From a virus (taxonomy: Duplodnaviria; Caudoviricetes): DNA of 64,000 bases. The position numbers were made by a program, and so were the translations under genes. Shown one piece after another: positions 36,701 through 47,600 of the stretch; position 1 is the first letter of the stretch, and every line of letters starts with the position of its first letter. Location of the stretch: the IMG/VR virus record IMGVR_UViG_3300005614_000001, positions 1 to 64,000 of that record; one strand, written 5' to 3'. The notes beneath the pieces were generated by a model. The model was not told where the DNA came from. It saw nothing but the letters and a program-made list of their open reading frames with translations, and made no database searches.

Positions 36701-38664
36701 TTATCTAACAGATACAGGATCTTATGAGCATACAGGTTTAGACTTTCATCTGTTGGAGAAGTACTATCTACTCCTTCAAAAGTGTCTTTATAGGTATTCA
36801 CTATATCTTCTGCTTCTTTATTTAATATCTTTGCATAAGATAGTGTTGGAGAGATATTCTTCCTCACCTGAAGCTCTCTTATTGCCTTATATACAGATAG
36901 TAGTTGTTCTCTTTTCAGATGCTTTCTCCCTTCAGTTACCTTACTATCCTGGATATGACTATACAGGGCATTTAGTTTATCTATTTGCTTATCTATAGTC
37001 TCATCTCCTGTTCTTTCATCAACTGTTGGAACGGGGAGGAGATAGTCGTATTTCTCTAATGAAACATTTGCATCTCCGATCTTCACTCCATTTAAAGTAG
37101 CTTCTTTATCCTTAAAGGTAAAAGAGAACAGGATTGGGATAGCCCTTGTCATACCAAACTCCTTCACTCCATAAGCATCTTTTAATATCTTCTTATATTC
37201 TCCAATTTGTATATTGTAGGCTTCTTTCTTATAAGATGGAATGTCCTTATTCTTATTTATATCCAGGTTGACAAATTTCCAATCCAGGATATTAACCTTC
37301 CCATTAGGAGTGATAGCCATGAAATCTATAGTGCCAGCTTCATCTTTATTAGGATCATATACCGGAGTTTCTGTTAAAAATCTTGTACCTGCAGGAAAAG
37401 ACAGTAACCTTTGAGAAATGTTATCTTCTAACCCTTGATATATCCTTTCATCATTTGGAGAGAGTTGAGATACATCAGTTTTTTCTAATGGAGTGGTACG
37501 AAGAAAACCATTTTCATCTGTATACCTGGATATGATATCCTGTATATCAGCATGTCCTGCAGTACCTTTCTCTGCAAAGATATTAGCCTGACTACTCTGT
37601 TCTATATCACTTCCTGGAAATACCTTTCCATAATAAGCTTTTGCTTTATCAGTAACCCTATTCTTTACATCTACTCCATTTACCTGGTACTTCTTTCCGG
37701 TTTGGTCATAAGTTATCTTATTAGCCTGCTCCAGGATAGATTTATATACCCTTGTTTGTTCCGGGGAAAGATCTTCCTTTTCCTGCAGGGAATAAAAGCT
37801 ATCTCCTCCTCCATTTAAATCATCTACACTCCCTTCAAACCTATTATCCAATACTTGTTCTGCTACTTCTGTAAATGGATCAAACTTTCCTTTAATAAAT
37901 AAATTACGGAAGAACTCTTTTACTTTATCCCACCATGAGTCAGCTTTTGCAAGGAGTTCAGGGTTTTCTGTACCCCATTCATTCTTTTCAATAATGCGCT
38001 CTACCAGGAGTTTAGTCATAGCCTCCTCCTTTAACTTTATCACATCCAGGGTTCCATCTTCATTCCTGTAGGCTTTACCGTAAGTATCTACTGTAGATTT
38101 ATATATCTGATAACCCCCAATTTTATTTAACATCTCCTTATATAAAGGAGAGTTCTTATCTTTTAGAATTTGCACAGCTATATGCATCACTTCTTCAGCT
38201 TTAGCTATACTTTCTTTCCCTTCAGCTATATAAGCTATCCCCTTCACTGTATCTGCCAATCCTATAATAGCATCTCCTATATTCTCCCTGGATAACTTAA
38301 CCCCATTTATTACTAATTGTGATAGTGGTTTTAAATCTATTCCAACTCTTTTAGCAAACTCATCTATTTTCTTTAAAGTATCTTTATTGGCTTCAGAAGA
38401 TGGAACTGCAGATTTCTTAGATAGATAAGTGCCAGGAAGAGTTATCATTCCTAAAGTAGGCTCTCCTATTTCATTGAGTTCCCCTTTAAAAGAAGATGAC
38501 GAAGTAACCCAATCTCCCATCTTTTGTATATACTCCGGGGACAGAAGTTGTTTATATAATCTATCTGCTTCTTCCTCATTATTAGTGAGGGAGAATAGTT
38601 CACTCCATGTTCTTGAAGTCTCCTGCTTTCCTGTGATGGGGCTATTTATTAATCTACATGCCAT
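33790..38664 (-). CDS. large ejected/cargo protein with PD-(D/E)XK (RecB/Cas4-like) nuclease domain
   Basis: 1624 aa, directly downstream of the virion RNAP. KGTAGH, ET.VYD, AGTIDF, ILDWK and QIGEY motifs. Confidence 0.75.
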   Translation of the reverse strand: MACRLINSPITGKQETSRTWSELFSLTNNEEEADRLYKQLLSPEYIQKMGDWVTSSSSFKGELNEIGEPTLGMITLPGTYLSKKSAVPSSEANKDTLKKIDEFAKRVGIDLKPLSQLVINGVKLSRENIGDAIIGLADTVKGIAYIAEGKESIAKAEEVMHIAVQILKDKNSPLYKEMLNKIGGYQIYKSTVDTYGKAYRNEDGTLDVIKLKEEAMTKLLVERIIEKNEWGTENPELLAKADSWWDKVKEFFRNLFIKGKFDPFTEVAEQVLDNRFEGSVDDLNGGGDSFYSLQEKEDLSPEQTRVYKSILEQANKITYDQTGKKYQVNGVDVKNRVTDKAKAYYGKVFPGSDIEQSSQANIFAEKGTAGHADIQDIISRYTDENGFLRTTPLEKTDVSQLSPNDERIYQGLEDNISQRLLSFPAGTRFLTETPVYDPNKDEAGTIDFMAITPNGKVNILDWKFVNLDINKNKDIPSYKKEAYNIQIGEYKKILKDAYGVKEFGMTRAIPILFSFTFKDKEATLNGVKIGDANVSLEKYDYLLPVPTVDERTGDETIDKQIDKLNALYSHIQDSKVTEGRKHLKREQLLSVYKAIRELQVRKNISPTLSYAKILNKEAEDIVNTYKDTFEGVDSTSPTDESLNLYAHKILYLLDKYIPYEDIDVHLKDAAATNKDVQEDLKVTSSDVRSAVKDLNDTLFNFADKFLGDRLGVSGLITAERENKNIGNWFRGLGRGSTVAANSLYKLTNPNFQVAELLKEKEKEIVAHHREEYLKWSEARGLNPKNMFDLLYKKNSKGEKTNQRIDTIQSDFFKEFKKAQENKNTQWYKDNINLAAYREHIAQREQKRIAAINSTIYDAVDEENQKRRNEEIQKVKDKYNLSNDKAPGWGNNEMKSFALDKWHTDEYKQLLSPENKPVLDFYNYIQERVDKGVSLGILQPQVRRSFLPYVMKSGVAEKLAFGGNLKIADGFINGISINDNENTYQYQDPLTGKLINHLPFSFTSNRGIEDDSQFSTNLFSVIQSYNEQLIRYESLIGIENLVKTLQYVEHNKSSIQANRFGKIVRKDGVVQTSPENEYNAKMLDEFVQGIYYGQRNVNDILEGKTIGKIGERTENVFKAINKTLGTQLLPENVKDRVVTANGLLEGVSQFYKNKILALNIGIPLSNLIGGKLQNYTNKRTFFDGADLRKAEAMTDTRMFRGKEGNVYAYLLNQIVPFVEQTAADRKKELSVSKVANASMSEAVYSIFRYSDKLVQEPIAIAMLDNAVLIDGKIENTRQYVRAKYEGQRYFGTPGQNRELEEKMEKEIDDLKATKSLPKLAKIVDDKLVIDGLDLYGKEMGKLRGLIQQIEKQSTGAMSDDDRSRASMRTMARMMMTFKNWIVPIADSRFGSLKYIPGTDSYEYGKVRMVGKILVQNPLRIIGNMKNIMAGNEQGLKMMEEFMAKKKEQYLRETGKELTISKDDFYDLMRDNVRGQMRDILAYIGVLSTFLAAKALIPDADEATKEERGYWIYGVRMLDKISDEMAFYYHPWQWQQVAGGSILPAFGVVTDAENVLSNLGRYAFGLTEEELGNTTKGEKMVANAHPLKYVIKSFPLGNQLINYAALASPDFAKEMNIKFTTQNRAH

Positions 38665-38682
38665 TCTATGGATTGGTTTTCT

Positions 38683-41600
38683 TTAACAGTTTCCTTTAAC
38701 TAAGTTTAATGTCTTTTCTGCATTAGCAGATGTTATATTAGGTTTAAAAGTCTCAAAAGGAGCTCTCACTTTACTGGCTATTATTTCAGAAGTGTGAATA
38801 GCCCTTGGAAGATCTGAAGTTATTATCTGTGGAATATTAGTTCCCTTCAGTTCTTCCCCTACTTTTTGAGCTTGTTCTACTCCCTTCTTTGTAAGCTGTG
38901 TTTCTGAAGTTCGGAGTAGTCCCTTTACATTATCTTCTGTTTCTCCATGCCGGGCTACTAGTAAGATTCCATTATCACTTTTGTATTTAAACACATCTCC
39001 TGTATCTGTAGTGCCTGCAAGGTAGTAATTTATATCTATTTTATTATCATTTGTCTTCCCTTCTTTTATCCAGGAGTCAAGGATTTTAATAACAGAAGAA
39101 TGAGTTACTACCAGGGTATTATCTGGAGCAGTTTGTAACAACCCTCTAAAGGCATTAATTACCCTATCTTTAAATTCATTAAAGCTCTCTCCTCTATTCC
39201 CGCTATTCCCTTGTGGTTTTTCAGAAGAGTTTTTCACCAGATTATTCACAGTCTTTCTATCTGTACTTTCTGGCCTTCCTTCTAAATCTCCAATATCCCA
39301 TGCTTTAAAGTCCTGTGAAGGTTTTATGTAGCCTCCACTATTACTTTCTACCCTATCTCTGTTTACTATAGTTATTCCTTTAGCACTCCTGTAGGCATCC
39401 AGTATTTCCTGCTGAGGTATTTCCTGTATCTTCAGATACCCATTATCCAATACAGATTGTGAAGGAGTATCATAGAATTCCTGTGCCCTGCTTCCATCTC
39501 CCCATGCATTTACAGGAGTATAGATATAATAAGGAAAGTCTGCACTCCCTTCTTTCATCGGGGTACCACTTTCATCTTCCAGTCTTTGCAACAATATCTT
39601 CCCACCACTTACCCCATTATCTGCTTCTCTTTGATCTGCAAATAAGTTCATGGTAATAAACCTGGATGAAGAAGAGCCGGAAGCTGTATATAGTTTATAA
39701 GTATTGTTCCTTATATCGTTTACATTGTATTTTTCCCTCAACCCCTTCATCCATTCCGGATAGAGTCTTTTTTTACTTTCTCCCCTGTCATTAAAGTCTT
39801 CAGTTACATTTGGAACTATATCTGTATTACTCCAGCTATTTCTAAAAAACACCCCCAGGTCATTGAATGCAGATAAATTACTCATAGAGTCCATTTTATC
39901 TACTACTGGCTTTATTACTTTAGCATAATCTTCAGATGGGAGATATTTGAAGAATGATACTGGAGATGTACTTATTCCTGACTGTAAGAATGATAACCTT
40001 ACTAAATTGTAGTATAAATCCCTTGTTTGAGGATTATCCCTCAACTCCCTGAATGCCCCGGTATAGACATCTGAAGTAATGGCATCTGATACCTTAGAGG
40101 CGATAGTTACTCCCTTAGCTGCAGAGTTTTTATTCTTCAGAAGTGGAATAAGTTGCTGTAATACAGTATTGTTATACAGATCACTTCCTTTTGGGAGGCT
40201 ATTCTTTAAAGCAGCAAGTTCTGTAGCCACTGCAGTAGACTGGTCTACCATAAGCTCCTTCACTCTATTATTCAACCTGGAAGAGGTTTGAATAGCATAA
40301 GTCATGAAGTGTTCTTCAGCAGTACGTGCAGCCTTTCTATAATCATCTTTAGATAACCCTCTGGTTTCCAATAAGTTATCTAATACCGGAGCAAGGTAAG
40401 ATTTTATTTCAGGGTTTTCTATAGCTATCAGGGACTCAGATATTGCCTTAGATGAACTAGCTACTAGGGATTGTAAATTCCCAAGATGTGATTTATCTAA
40501 TAGGGTATCTACTGTATTCCAGATATTTGCCTCCCTGGCCTTATCTGTCTTGTATTGTTTCCTGTATTGCATAACAGGATCTCCACTGCTATCTGTATCA
40601 TAGTTAGTGCCTTGAGTAATATCAAACAGGTTTTGGGACATTACTCCATACTTCAAAAACTCTGAAAGTATTTGCTGCTGCTGGGTGTTTTCTTCCTGGT
40701 TTAATACCCCACCGGAATAGAAAGTTTCTATATTACTTTTTAATACAATATTAGATACATTTAAAGCAGAGGTTATCTTTCTGCTTCCTTTGGGGAATAG
40801 TTGTCTGATAGCTTCTACATTTCTATTATCATATAACCATGTAGTATTCTTCTTAGCCAGGAGCTTCATATATTCCCTTATAATAGGCTGGTTCATGAAA
40901 TACACCACTGTACTTGTAGGAGTGCCAGCTTTCTCTAGCATCAGGAAGGTACCAGTGAGGGATGGAGATTGTATGATCTGAGCTATGAACGGGTCTTTAG
41001 CTACATCTACAAATCCATTTATGTATTGTGATATCTTATCAGATATATACCTACCATCAACATCTTTATTATTGGAGAGAGTTGCTACATCTCTTCCATC
41101 TATAGATATACTATTATGCGGGAGAGCTATTTTTCCATCTCCTATGTACTCCTGCTGGTATTTTGGGAGAGAAGATGCTTTATCAATATCTAAATATATC
41201 TCTCCAAGCTGGTTGAGGGAATTATTAGTTTGAGCTACTGCTGCTATCCCAACTCCACCTTTCCCCATAATAAATGTATGTCTTGTATTGGACATATATA
41301 ATCTATTCAGTGGGGATCTGTCATCACTGCTACCAAATTCTTCAGGGGCAAGTTTTACTAGGTTATCCCTTAAACTCATTAACTCCTTACTGTTATTTGC
41401 AGCTATAAGACGTTCATAGTTTTCCGGGAGAAGGATAAGATCTTCCAGGGAGTTGAAATATTCATTCTCCAGGGATTTACTATACATATCCTCCACCTGT
41501 TTATTTAGCTTTTCTTCCTCCTGCAGGAAATCAAAGTCTGCAAGGGCATCAAATGCCTTCACTGCTTCTCCCGGGAGGAGGTTATCTATTAACTCTTCCT

Positions 41601-44600
41601 TACTATTTAATCCATTCAGAAGGTCCTTAAATTTAGATTTAGCCTCTTCCCCTGTTCCAAAATAAGGAATTTCAGCTATTTCTCCATCATTTGTTATATA
41701 AATATTCTTTAAATAAGTATTTAGTTTATCCACATCAAAATCCGAACCAGCCTTAGTGGTAATAGCTTCAGGCACTACTATACTATCTCCGGTCCATGAT
41801 GGAGTAAATGCTTTTACTGTAAATGCTTCTACTGAGTTCAGTTCCTGTGTAGGGATACGAAAACCAACACCATTAAGTATTTTCTTCCCGCTATCTGTAC
41901 TATTCAGATGTTCTATTAGTTCATCATCTGAAAGCTTAGATAATTTGTTATTGCTGCTTTTAAGTTTCTTTGCAAACCAATTAGGGAGCATTACTTCCAT
42001 CCTGGATACGGAAGTTCTCTTACCACTTTCATCATAGGTAGCTTCATAAAACTTCAATCCATTAGAAACATATATCAGGTTTCCTTTACTATCTTTTCCT
42101 GCTTCTACCCTCTTTCCTTTTACTTCAAATCCTACTCCGGATAACTGTATTTTCTGTCCACCATTTACTTTTGGTTTAGCTATCAGTTTATCTATATAAG
42201 AGAATAAGATACTCTTTATCTGGTTATAGTTTATAGCTGCTTCAAATGGAATGAGGAAATTACCTTCTTCATCTAACTGAAGTATATCCTTTAGGTTTTG
42301 TGGAGCTTCTCTTCTAAAGAGTTCATCTTGTAAAATAGCAGCTACCTTTGTTTTATCCGGGATGGAAAAGCTTTCTCCATCATCTACTATTCCAAACTTA
42401 CTTAGCAATTTATCATACCCGTTATTCTGCAGGTTTTGTAAAGCATCTATGTTTCTCCTCACCTTATCTCCCATCTCTTCACTAATTGGAGTACCTGCAT
42501 TATACAGGTTTACATAAGCAAGTTTAGATAACTGGCTACCAAGAGTTCCTTTATCTTTCTCTGCTCCTGTTTCTACCTGTATCCCATAATACCTGAAGGG
42601 AATATTTAACTTTGCACTTTCCTTGAATGGAGCATCAGAATAGATATCATCTTTATTATCATTTCCCTCTATTATCCCAATCTTTCTCCCGGATTCCACT
42701 ATTGCATATCCTACCCCTTCTTTATGCATTTTTACATAGATGCTCTCCAGGTTAGTTCCCCTTACCCTGGCATAGGAAAGTGGTGCAACTGAGGTTTTAT
42801 CCAGGAAGGTATTTCCATCCATAGTAAATCCACTACCTATAGGTTTTAAGATCTGCATTACTGCAACTTTTGGATCACCTTTCTTTAGAAGATTAGTGTC
42901 ATGTTCCTTTAGTTCGGGAGAAGAATAGATATAATGTCCGTCTTCAGCCATCAGGTTTCTATCCTGGGCCATAAGATATTGAAACTGCTGTTCTTGCTGT
43001 GTACTCCACCTTGCCCCTGATTTCCACATAATTTCCCTGTAAGCTGGAAGAGGGGTCCATGATTGAGCATCTGCACCATTAGAAGCCTCATAAGGAGAAC
43101 GTAATTCTTCAGGGAGGTGTTTATCTCCAGTAATAGATTTCTCTTCAGAAAGGATATCTGATAGAGAAACAGTAGGGATATAATCCTTATGTTCCCAATA
43201 CCCAGGATCTGTAGGGGAGAGCTTAATATTCCCGGCTTTATTTAACTCTTCATTTAATTTATTATTGAATTCAGGAGTGTTGTATACAGAAGTCTCTCTT
43301 GGAGAGAGGAAGGATTTATATCTTTTTAAAGGGTCTTTGATTCCTCCATAATCCCCAAAGAACAGCTTATGCATTTCTACATTGTTTATCATGTAGTTCA
43401 CTTCTGTGAAAGTAAATAGCTTCCTTAGTTCATTTTCTGTAAGGAGTTTTCCTTCATATCCCTCTATTCCATTAAGCTTATATTTTGTTACTGTTTCCCC
43501 GGTAGCATTCTTGGTAGTTTGCTCTGTTATGACATCATTCTTCTTCAGATAATCTGTTAGGTTAGAAACTCTTGTTTCTATATAATCCTTTAGCTTATCT
43601 GTATTTAATTCCTCTTGACTATAACTGTCAGTTATATCTGCCAGTAGCCCATCATACTTCTTCCCCTCTGCTTTTGTTTTACTATCTGCTATAGACTTTT
43701 CTGTCACATAGTAAGAAGAGAATATATTATTTATTCTGTTCCAGGCAATAGATGTATCAAAAGCAGAGAGTTCTATTGGATGTTCCATTTTAAGCATCCA
43801 TTCAGTTTTGCTATCTGCCGGGACTAATATATAGTAGTTCTTATTTAAGTTTTGGTTTAGTTCAGTAACTACCCTGGTAAGAGGATCTACTTTAGAGAGA
43901 GGCTTTACATCTCCTGTCTTTACATCTGCTATACCATCTATATAAGAAATGTCCAGGGTTTTGTCATTCTTTTCTCCATTTTCATCAAATAGGTTTTTCA
44001 AATACCAGCTATCCTGTGAATAGAGAGATAATAGGTGAGGAGTGCTATTTAAGAGTTCATCTTTATCTACTGCACTATTTATATCATTGGTGATATTAGA
44101 GATAGTATTATTCTGCAGGTATTGTTGTACTCTCTCTCCACTTACATTTGTAAATGTGCTCTCCCATCCTTCCCCTTTTGCTTTAGTGTATAGTTCAGCC
44201 AGCTTTTGGAAATTACCCTTTTCTCCCAGGTTAGAAATGTCCACACTTCCCTTCCTACTTAAGAAAGTTCTGATACTTCCAATAGTAGAAGACAAACTAT
44301 CTTTGTCTTTTTTGGATAAGTTAGAGAGCATAAAGGAATCAAATTCTACCCCTAAAGCAGAAAGTAAGCCACTATCTGTCTTTGGTACTGCTGCTCCATT
44401 AAAGTTATAATTCCCTTCTTTATCTACATTTACTATCTTCCCAGGTCCTGCATTTACCTTTAAGTTATCTATCCAGCTTTGTGACAGTACCCTTGCAGCA
44501 GTATTTAAATTAGCAGGAGCAGAGTAGGTTTTATCTCCATCTTTATATTGGATAACGGCCTCTGGCCTTTGTTTACTAAAGGTATTTAGCCATGAGACAG

Positions 44601-47600
44601 CCATTTTCCAGTCACTGATAGATAGATCAGAAAGAGAGGTATTAAATTTAAGCCTGTTTATAAGACGTACATAATCTGGGTTAGTATTAGCTACTTCTTT
44701 TAAAGCATCTATTTTCTGCTCCAGGGAGTTATATTTAAATACCTGGGAAAGGGTATAGTTCATAGATTTTGACATCTGTAATGCTTTTTGCATATAGATA
44801 TCTGTATCTACTTTACTAATTACCCCTGAAGGAGAGGTTTTATCAAACAGGGTTTCTGTAAGGGTTGCATACAGCATCTTTACCCTTGCTGGTGCATTCT
44901 TCTTAAAATCAAAGGTGAGGTAGTTCTGCAGGTAAGAGTCTGCACTCTTTCCTCCATCATAATTGCTCTCCTCTCCTTCTTTATCCTGTGTACTTATTCC
45001 TTCAAATACCCCTTCAGGATTTTCAATTATTTCTGTCAACCCTTCATTAGATAGCTTTACTACTACTCCAAAGGTGTTTAGGTATTCATTTGTAAGCTCT
45101 ACTGCAGTTCCCCAGTTATTAGATATATTATCCCACAGTGTAGAATAAGCTTTATATTGAAATTCATTTATATCTCCTCTCCTGTACATTTCCGGGATAG
45201 AGTCTGCTATTTCCCCTGTAGAGGTAAATGCCTGCTTCAGCCCTGCATACACTTTCTGGTATATCTGCTTGGGATCATAATTCCCTTCTTCCAGATCTAC
45301 TATATTCTTATTTTCCCTAAATACCTGCTGGAGTATCTCTACTGCATTTCCCCGAACAAAATTATATGAATTGCTTACAGATAGCCCAGGAATGGTCCTG
45401 TAATCCACTTCTCCATTATAAGCACTCTTAATAGGAGAGGTTTTATAATACCCTGAATTTATCCTTTTAAATAAAGAGTCTATGGTGTTAACAGATGGAG
45501 AGAATAATCTTTGTACAAAGTTTACTATATCCCTGAACAGCCTTTGAATGAAATTACCTGCAGGTTTCTGGTTCTGCAGTACATAATCCCTGAATTCTTC
45601 AGCTAACTGTTCCACTGTTTGTTTACCGGAAGCAGAGTTATATGTAGTAACTGTCCCGGTCTCCCTATCTATAAAGCTTCCCTCTCTTTGCTTAAATTCA
45701 GAGAGAATGGATTGCTTTTCTTTTAGATCAGTGAACATACTCCATACAGCATGAAAAGCCTCATGGTAAGTAGTTCCGGTTTCTGCATTCTGAGATACAA
45801 ATACTATAGCATCTTTAAACTGTCCATATGCATATCCACTCCCTGTAGTAGCTATTAAATTTTTAACTCTCTGGAATGGGATAGATGAAGAGATGTTATC
45901 TTTAAACCACTTTTCTTCTTTATCAAGATCTGCAGTAATAACTCCATACTTTTCCTTCACTATTCTGTAGTCAGAAGTAAACCTGCCAGAATTTGGGAGA
46001 GATGCTCCAACTTTAGTTTCCTTTGGAAGTTCTTTTTCTACTTTAGCTTCTTGTTCTACAGTCTGCTCTATCTTTGGGAGCTTTGAAGCAACTATGGACC
46101 TAAGTGTATCTAAAGCTTCTTCATCAGTTTTACCAAGACTCTTAAGATTAGTAACCAACCCATCTAAAGCTTCAGATTGAGGGAAGGCTATCAACCATCC
46201 TTCAGGGGTATTTTCAGCAGTATATTTTAACTCCCCAAACTTACTTGGGAATGTTTTTACTTCATTTATTACTTGTGTTTCAGGTACTCCGGGTACTTTA
46301 ATACCTGGTACAGAAGGTGATGGTGTACTTTCTTTACTTTGTACTTTTGGTTCTATTTCCTTTGGAGAGAATATAGTAGCCCCTTCCTGGTTAGTGGTGA
46401 GTACTGCTGATTTATAATAAAAGTTAGTATCTAAAGGGTTAGTTTTACTTACCTCTCTTATAGATGTAGTAAGTGGAATACTGTTTACATTCCTTGCAGT
46501 GCCTTTTAATTCTGAAGGATCATCTTCTAATAGATCATGGGTATCCGATATAAGAAAGTGCTGGTATGACTTCCAGGAGATAGTTTTTAACTTATCTCCA
46601 TCTACTCCAATTATCTCTTCAAATGGAAGACCATCTACCAGTTTCTTATTATTGATATTCTGGAAGGTATCCTTAAGATAATCTTTTATTTTCTGCTGGT
46701 TCTCTTCTATTCCCTTAGCAGAGAATGGAACTCCTTCAGTTCTATTTCCAAAATACAAAAACCCATCTTTTAAGTATACCTGATTAGAGCTGGTAGGTTT
46801 ACCTTGCTGAGGTTGGGTGAAATACAGCACTCCCTGCAGGTAGTTTTCTATCTGAGGGTCTATTTCTCCCTTATTCTGCTCACTCCGTACAGCCAGAAGA
46901 TGCAGATTATCATACAAATTATCCACTTCATGGGAAGAGAATTTTCTATTGTTTAACCATTGTAAAGTACTTCCATACTGTAATACTGGTCTGCCATTTG
47001 GAAAAGATATATTCTCTCCCTGGTGAGTGATAAAACCCTTTGTAACTACCTGTACTACTCCTTTCTTCCCTATATCTTTTTTATCAATAATAGATTTAGA
47101 TACAGGGGTTTGATAGAAGTTTCCTTCACTATCCTTACCATTATATTCTCCCCTTCCTCTCGTTACATAGAAAGAGTAGACATTATCTCCATCTCCGTGT
47201 TCCAGGATTTGGTTTCTCCTTTCTTCCCAGGCTTTACTATAAGCTACTGCTTCTTCCGGAGTACCTTGAGAATACCTTGTTTCATTTGGGGAAGTTCTCC
47301 AGGAGAGGTCTGCTGTAGGCATTACTCCATACACAGCATTTTCTATATTGGTTTGTTCGCCAACCCTTCCAATTCTCTTTCCATCTACTCCTACAAAATG
47401 GTTTTCTCCTCCAGTAGAGTCGATAAATACAGTAGCTATGATAGTAGATTTATCTCCATCAAATCCTTTTGCTACATCATCTATCAATCCCTTCAACCCT
47501 AAAGACTCTTCAGTCTTTTGAGTTACCAGGATGACCCTTATATTATCTTTATTCCCTATACTATTCAGTGCTGAGAAGAACTTCTGTTGTCTTTGTGTAT

